Source: Ginkgo biloba (Eukaryota > Plantae > Ginkgophyta). Taken from it: a stretch of 29,826 nucleotides of DNA. Where the stretch lies: the NCBI GenBank assembly GCA_024626585.2, contig JANKJI020000002.1:81996455-82026280 (forward strand), in the 5' to 3' direction. The translations under genes and the position numbers were made by a program. Of the stretch, positions 22,839 through 29,826 are shown in pieces; within the stretch, counting starts at the first letter, position 1, and every line of letters starts with the position of its first letter. The notes under the pieces are model-generated. The model saw nothing but the letters and a program-made list of their open reading frames with translations. It ran no database searches and was not told the origin of the DNA.

Positions 22839-24474
22839 GGAAATTCACCTCTAATAGCACATTTGGGTTTCAACTAAAGCAATTGATATTCTTAGTGTGG
22901 TTTTGAAGGCCAATGTATCCCATTTGCAAAACAANNNNNNNNNNTTGTGGATTACACACCAAACAATCAAGCTGCTAACTTGTTTCAATTTCAAATAAAA
23001 TTTTAGCATGAAGATTAGGATGACGTTGAAGCAAGCCACATCAGAAAGTCAATTTAAATGTTAGGATGGGTTTGAAGCAAAACCCAGAGGTTTGCCCAAA
23101 GGTTTACCACAAGGTAAGCCACAAATTTCCTAACATCATTCTACATGTGAGTGCATCTAATCATCTTCATCATCGTCATTTTTGGAAGATTTTTTTCAGA
23201 ACCTCGGCAAAGATGTTCAAGTCTGCTTCAAGTTTTTTTGAAGTTTTAAGATATGCGCTTTGGATTTGTTGCAAAGGTTTATTTGCACAGATAGTGAAGG
23301 GAAAACATTATTTCTTTTGCTTGTTTTATTTAGATTGAGTTCCCTAGCTTACCCCTTTCCTATTAGTACTCCTCCCTCGGGCTTGTGCAGCCCATCAACA
23401 GAATGGCATGTCTGGAGCCCCTTAAAAATTGTTTGTTTTGGCCCAACATGTGACCCTATGTGACAGCCGACCTCTCATCAGATCTTAAAGAACACATTTT
23501 GATCCAAAAGGGGGACATCATTTTGAAATAATTGATCGTTGTTAGCCAAGTGCTTTCTTTACTGTCATGAAAAAGGTCACGAGACTAAAGGCATTCTGCA
23601 AATATTTAGCATATTCACAATAGAAGCACCTGCATGGGAAGACAAGGGCCACAGCATCCAGTCCTCAGGTTAAAGCTAAGATCTCACATGCAAAGTGATC
23701 CAAAGGTAGCTACATTAACGGCATTGTCCACTGTATACGTAAATGTACAAGTGACCTGACATTAAGAATCATTGTCTGCATCCGGCTATACAAGTCAAAA
23801 ATTGGTTATGCCACTTACTCATCTCACAGATGTTATAAATGCTTTTTATAAGATAGATTAGGATTTTCTTAAAAGTTAAAGTACCTATAGTTATAGCTGA
23901 GGGCTATCGTTATAAATAAGTTCGTGAGATAATAGGGTGGGACAGCTGAATGCATAGTGACTCAAATATTTGAGATTCTCATAAGCAATATACACACATT
24001 CCATAACTGCCCCACAATCATTGTGAGTCGTCAGGATATCTTTATTGTGGAAGATACACAGCAAGATGGACAAGACTCTGCTATAGCAAAGAAAGGCAGA
24101 CATTCATGTAAATGTGTGACAGATAAGCAACCTGAATTTGAAGTCCCAGCATTTTGTGATTACCTCTGTGAGGTCCAAGAGGTCTTAATAGTGGATGAGC
24201 ATCACTTACCGGTAGTTCAAACTAGGGTGGAGGAGAATATCAGCATCGATATGAAAGAGAAATGAAAGCAAGCAATTGGGTGCATATGAGGCTGAAAACT
24301 TAAAAGACAAGCTTAGCTTAGAAAACACAAGGAGGAAAAGTTATGATGATGATTTTATGGACCTACGATACTTCCAAAACATGCTGTTAGGGAGCATATA
24401 CCATGGAGCTTCCACTCTACACAAAGATACACGATGTTGTCCATGTATTGACTGCAGCACACAGTCATTGGTAT

Positions 24475-24635
24475 TGGAATTGCCAATTACTATTCAATCT
24501 GAGAAAGTTGTTGCAGAACAAGACAAGTGCCAGACTATCTTACAATATGGAAGAAGTTTCTTAATGAAGGGAGCTTTGTGGCAGAAATATCCAACCTTCA
24601 CTCATGGAGAGAATGTTTTGAGGAGAAAGCATGGA
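24475..24635 (+). pseudogene. Possible decayed retrotransposon chromodomain / pol C-terminus
   Basis: Stitching two frames gives IQSEKVVAEQDK / DYLTIWKKFLNEG / ALWQKYPTFTHGENVL, resembling PEKIL...EYLVKWK...L..KYP.F.LEDK. Needs frameshifts and a deletion. Confidence 0.35.
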
Positions 24636-25604
24636 TTAGAGAGGGGTCTGCAGCAGACCCTTTTTTCATCCAAGTATTAGGTATTTGGATGATATATATT
24701 CATCGTATCCAAAAGAATTTCTGAGGACTAACTAAAGTGAAGGAAAGAGAGAAAGCAAGAATGACTAATGACTCTGATTTCAGTTTGGCTCTTGTATGGA
24801 CTTTATTCAGCTTGAACATGGGATTGATGTCGGCGTTATGGAGCACCCATATATAAAGCAGGAATACGATCCAACTTTAAATTTCCCTGTCAGAAATAAA
24901 GGACAACCCTTTTGGGTGACAGCCATGGTTGCGATGGTACTGTGTATGGTCTGGAAGGGGAATTGAGTAATCACCATTGAAAAGAGTGGAGAGAAAATCC
25001 CCTTTTCTTTATTGCTAAAGCTACGTTGTCTACGCAGGTTAATGCATGGAACAAGGATATCTGCAAGGACTTTCATGGGATTGGAGATCCTTTGTATGCT
25101 TTTGACTCATGATTCTGTATCCACTCTCATTTTTGGGCCGTATGACCCTCGACCTGCATCCGCTATTGGGTGCAGGCATAATATACTGGATGTATATTGG
25201 CATTACCAGCATTTTGCGTTTGTTCATACAGCACCAAGACTGATGAGGTTCACAGGATTGTAAAGACTGGAGTTGCATATGGTTGGCCCGCATGCTTCAG
25301 ATATTTTTGTGCATTTTATTAGCATAAATTATGTGAATTGGTCTATTTGGTTCCTACTACTGCTGTTCTCTTTTCCACCAAGGGGCTCTACTGTATATTC
25401 TATGAAGAGCAATATGTTTGTTGGGTCAAGGTAGTACTAGTTGTTCAACGGGCAGCTTCTGACTCTTGAATTGGGGTCTTTTTGCAAGCAGAGTTCGTTA
25501 TTAATACAGTATGCGTTCAATGCTGTTCATAAATATGTAATGAAAGTAAAAATGCTGTGCTATCAGAAGCAAATAATCTAGCATTCAAAATTAGTCATGC
25601 GCAC

Positions 25605-25679
25605 CTGGAGATATGCGTACTTTGAATTGTCTGGATCTGGTACTTTCAGTTCATAGGATTCATCTACACCAAATTGTAA
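25605..25679 (-). CDS. HEXO3: Beta-hexosaminidase (GH20, HEXO3-like), internal exon A: LQFGVDESYELKVPDPDNSKYAYLQ
   Basis: 75 nt on the minus strand, flanked by ttttgccAG and GTgcgc, phase 0/0. Contains the GH20 N-terminal domain motif LQ[FY]GVDESYxL and joins in frame to exon 13851-13886. HEXO3 vs HEXO1 orthology needs a phylogeny. Confidence 0.93.
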
Positions 25680-28600
25680 CTGGCAAAAGAAAATAAAAAA
25701 GAGTTCACATTCAAATATTTAAACAGTTGGGATTTTTTGCAATCTGATCTAAAATTCAAATATTTTAAAAAGATTCTGACAATAGAAAAAAGAAAGAAAT
25801 CGAAAATCTTAATTTCCAAACCAATTTAGAAAATGATATTAAGAGTTTCATTCTACCCAGGATTTTTTTTTTCTCTCTGAAGAATGTCCATAGACCTAGA
25901 GTTCACAATCCCAAATGATTATTTACCTCACTTAAGTCCAATAACTTTTGACTGGCATAGTTCCAAACAGGATCTTCTTTGCAAATCGACAAGGAAAATG
26001 GATCCATGTATCAGAAATAGTGGTTCTTGTCTTTGAGGGTCTTCTAATGGGGTTCTGTTATATCCTATTGTTCTGTGTATACAACGCCGACATTCTTCTC
26101 ATTCATTTTACTGAAAATATAGGAAGAAACTACACTTTTGAACACATAGACTAATAATCAAAGTTCACTACCCCATCAGACTTTGATAAGCCACCTAGTG
26201 GTTTGCTTGTAGGAGTTGTTTTTTCTAATACAGGTTTTGCTTCATTCAATCCACTGCTAGTACCCTGCAGCAATAATAAGGAGTTCAGTGGGAACTCAAC
26301 TTCTTTCGTAGCATAAATTGTTATAAACTTTGGAATCCCTTGAATTGATTTGGATTCTATTTCAAGGGTACCCCTTTCATGGGTGAATCCGTTTCTGGTT
26401 CAAGTGTATCTTTCAATTTGATGTTCAGTTCTTTGCAAACTAACAACTCCGTTGTTTCAAAGTCAAATCGTTTTGATTGCAAGAATGAGAATTATATTTT
26501 ATAAATGCATTATTACATCTCCTTAATTGAAAAAGTTTCCATGATAAAAGCAAGATAAACATTTTCCACTCTAACTCTGCAAAATCTATTATTTGCATGT
26601 TCGAGTCGTGCTTTTCAGGTATTTTTTTAATCAAACACTATTCCTCATCTTCTTCTCAAACTCGACTGTTTACTAGTCAAATGGGCCTTCACAGATCACA
26701 GATTACAGTTTACATTTTACTTTTTAGGTTTTGCTATGTTTTTACTACATGATCTGTGATCCCATTTTCTAATCAAATAGACAATCTACATACAATGTCT
26801 TGTGGATGTTGAACCTAGAAGGTACTTCATTTACATGCTTTAACCAGAATCAGAAACTGAGATGTTCAAGTTTTAATTTATTTTCTGGTTTAAATCTTGT
26901 GAGCTAGAATGCAAAAGTGCATAAATGCTTAACTCGTTGTGATAAGTTATAACCCAAAAGGCCAACCATCCTTTGAAAAGGGATAAAATGATTGACATCT
27001 ACTTCCAAATTCTAGCTCCTCAAGGACACTGAACCAATTGTTTGTTCCTAAAAGTTAATATCNNNNNNNNNNNNNNNNNNNNNNNNNNNNNNNNNNNNNN
27101 NNNNNNNNNNNNNNNNNNNNNNNNNNNNNNNNNNNNNNNNNNNNNNNNNNNNNNNNNNNNNNTTCTTAAACAACTCCATTGTTCAAAGGGAGATTATAAG
27201 CTACTATGTTCTCTGAATAAAGTTTTATACTTAATCTGCATATACCCTTACAAGCTTCACTACCTATAGAATAATTACAATAAATTCTAAGAATATTGTA
27301 TATAATAATCTTCTAGTGATCACCTTGATTGCCTCAATCACCTTAATGCAAGTCAAGTATTCACACTTTACTTTGTGAAATGTTGATTGACAACCTTTAA
27401 GGAGAGGGGTGAACATAAAATTTGTCTTATTGATCATATGATGACAACCCACATGTAGTATCAGTGCATACTTTAGGCAACAAAAATTTGAAAGAATGAC
27501 CTAAAGCACCTAGCCACCATTTACCAATCTCCTCATTCATGACAAGAGTCTCCCCCACCAGACACAAGCATTTGCATGTAGCATGGAAAACACCTAAAGG
27601 AATGTAGTGTTCTTTAAGCATGCATTCTACAAGATGAAGTAAATATAATGTTCCCTTAAATAGCTTTGTTAAATCCAATTATACTTGCCAAATCAATCAA
27701 AGAAAGGAGATTAAATATTCTTGGCAATTTATCAATCNNNNNNNNNNNNNNNNNNNNNNNNNNNNNNNNNNNNNNNNNNNNNNNNNNNNNNNNNNNNNNN
27801 NNNNNNNNNNNNNNNNNNNNNNNNCGACATCAACACAAGTGGAGAAACCCACATATATTAGCTTTGCCTCTAATAACTCTTAATTCAATTAATAATGACC
27901 TCTGGAACATCCATTAAAGATACACATTAAAGTGTTTTGAACAATTTTCACCCATCTCAAGACAATCCATCCAAGAGTATCCCATCATTCCATAAATGAA
28001 GCACAACTAATTCTCTATCTCCAAGTGTCCAAGGTTAAGTTGAACTATAGATGGAATGCAAGGCTCAAAAAAACCTCGATTCCAATCAACTTGTCGCCAT
28101 TAAAGAAGGCATGCATTCCTTGATTGTTTCCATTGAGATTGCCTTTAGTCCAAACCACTTTAGGTTGCTCACACTTGATGCCAAGCCATTGAACTTCAAT
28201 TGCTTCTCCTTTGTTTGGTTGAACGAATCTCTAGGCTCTCCCCTTCATTACAAAAGTTGATTCACTATGCCCCTTTTACCCACAAAAAGCACATGGTTTG
28301 TAACTTAGCAATCTCTAAAGAAGTTATCCACTCCTAAATATTATTGCCCTTCTATTTTCATCAAACACAAATGAGTTCACATTGTGGTTCAATCTTCTTA
28401 AAATTGGGAGTTTATTCTAGAAAGAAACCCATTACTTTAACACACGAAAGAACAATGTGAACTAACAAAGGCCGTGTTGACAATAGCATAAATTGTTACT
28501 GTGAGTAAGTACCTCATAAAATGTATGAGAATAACAGACACTCTCTACTGACGTAGTGACGTCCCTTTTTGTATGAAGTGTTATTTATTCAAAACCCAAT

Positions 28601-29826
28601 CAGGTTACAACTTTTCAGCTCACAATCTGATGAAGACATTTTCTAGGGCTTCAAAGCAACATTAGGATAATCAGGATAGACAGACTGGAGTGATTTCAAT
28701 GCATATCAGAAGATACTTTGCTAGTCAGAAAAGAGATGCTGGATACTTGCCTTCCAAATGTTTGAAGGTATTGCTGTCTTGCTCTGGAAAATTACAAAGG
28801 TGCATTGATAGATGTCCCTCGACAAGGAGAGCAATAGCATTTAAGCGAATGAAAAGTTAATCAGAACAAATATTTCTTCAATCCAATAAGAATTCAAAAT
28901 GGGTAGGATGACAAACAATGCAAGATAGAATGGGAAAGACACCGTAAAGGCATACTCAAGTAAAGATTTGCACTAGATGGGCTAGTCAAAGGAAAACCAG
29001 AATTTTCTAAGAACTTGGGGACTATTTAACCAAATGAAGCTAAGCTGATCATTCAGATTTGTAACTGGTTTATTGCGGCTGATTTCATGTGGACTGCATG
29101 CTAGCTTGTGTTGAGTGTGGCTAAAATCCCATCATTGGATAAGCCAATGGTGGCTTATTGGCATTGTTGCTACAACATTAAAATCACTACTGTACTCTAA
29201 TCTACAATGAACAGTGCATTCCTTATCTGAGACTTCTGTTAGGCAAACTATTACAACAATCAACCTATACCTTTCTGCAAATGAAATAGCTTCTATTAGG
29301 AGATGGTTGGGAAATTAAAATAATTACTCATATTTCAGCTTTGTAGAGAGTGACTGAGGGCATTGATGTCTTCAAGCCTAAATAGTATACCAAACTTGGA
29401 GACATCAATGCTCTATGAAGGCCTTCAAACGAAAGCTTTATAGCTTGCTTCTGTAGTCCTTATAGTGCAATAAAAGGGAAGCATTGCTCTTGATCTGGCT
29501 AATGATACGAGTTACAAGCCAACTAGCTATTCGATTGGAAGACGCTGCCTATCTCAAACTTGCATGAGCCTTAATGCTTCAATATATCAATACAAGAATA
29601 TTTTTTTGATCCGTGATTCAGGGCATTACTGCCCAACATGCTACCCACACATTCCAACACTGATCATGCTTGCATTACAGAAAATCTGATCAGAGACCAT
29701 AGAAATATGAAAATACAGAAAAAAGTAACTATTGTTTTCAGAGACTTGAAAAAAATGGAAATCTAAAAACAAAATTACCCAAATCCAAATGTTATAATAC
29801 GAAAACAAAATTATCCCATACAAATA

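Larger units (their letters stand above)
13887..25604 (-). other. 11.7-kb GT-AG intron of the hexosaminidase gene, packed with retroelement remnants
   Basis: Bounded by the exon A donor and exon B acceptor. The flanking peptides are contiguous in known plant HEXO proteins. Length includes estimated N gaps. Confidence 0.88.

Noticed and set aside
28751-28783. Candidate 33-nt minus-strand exon (ttttccAG...AAG|GCaagt)
   Set aside because: No frame resembles the HEXO sequence expected upstream of LQFGVDESY; non-canonical donor; no support.

Overview
AT-rich, CpG-depleted, gap-riddled eukaryotic DNA, most consistent with a large-genome seed plant (gymnosperm-like; inferred from intron size and the old retroelements, not proven). 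The only host gene I can support is a minus-strand GH20 beta-hexosaminidase (plant HEXO1/HEXO3 clade, closest to HEXO3). Three internal exons with canonical GT-AG junctions (25605-25679, 13851-13886, 13436-13547) splice in frame to LQFGVDESYELKVPDPDNSKYAYLQ-AKSVYGALHGLQ-TLSQLCLFNFTTKKVIVQMAPWIIMDQPRFSYRGLLI(D). The ORF track misses them. The rest of the window is probably intron: 11.7 kb between two exons and possibly over 13 kb downstream. It is filled with degenerate, nested Ty3/gypsy remnants (Tat/Ogre-type RT, chromovirus-type protease/RT/RNase H/integrase, gag), LTR pieces with PPT/PBS signals, short tandem repeats and one CpG-rich, younger-looking insert. I did not find a convincing new biological system; the findings are structural oddities worth checking. 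Family assignments come from recalled motifs, not database searches.
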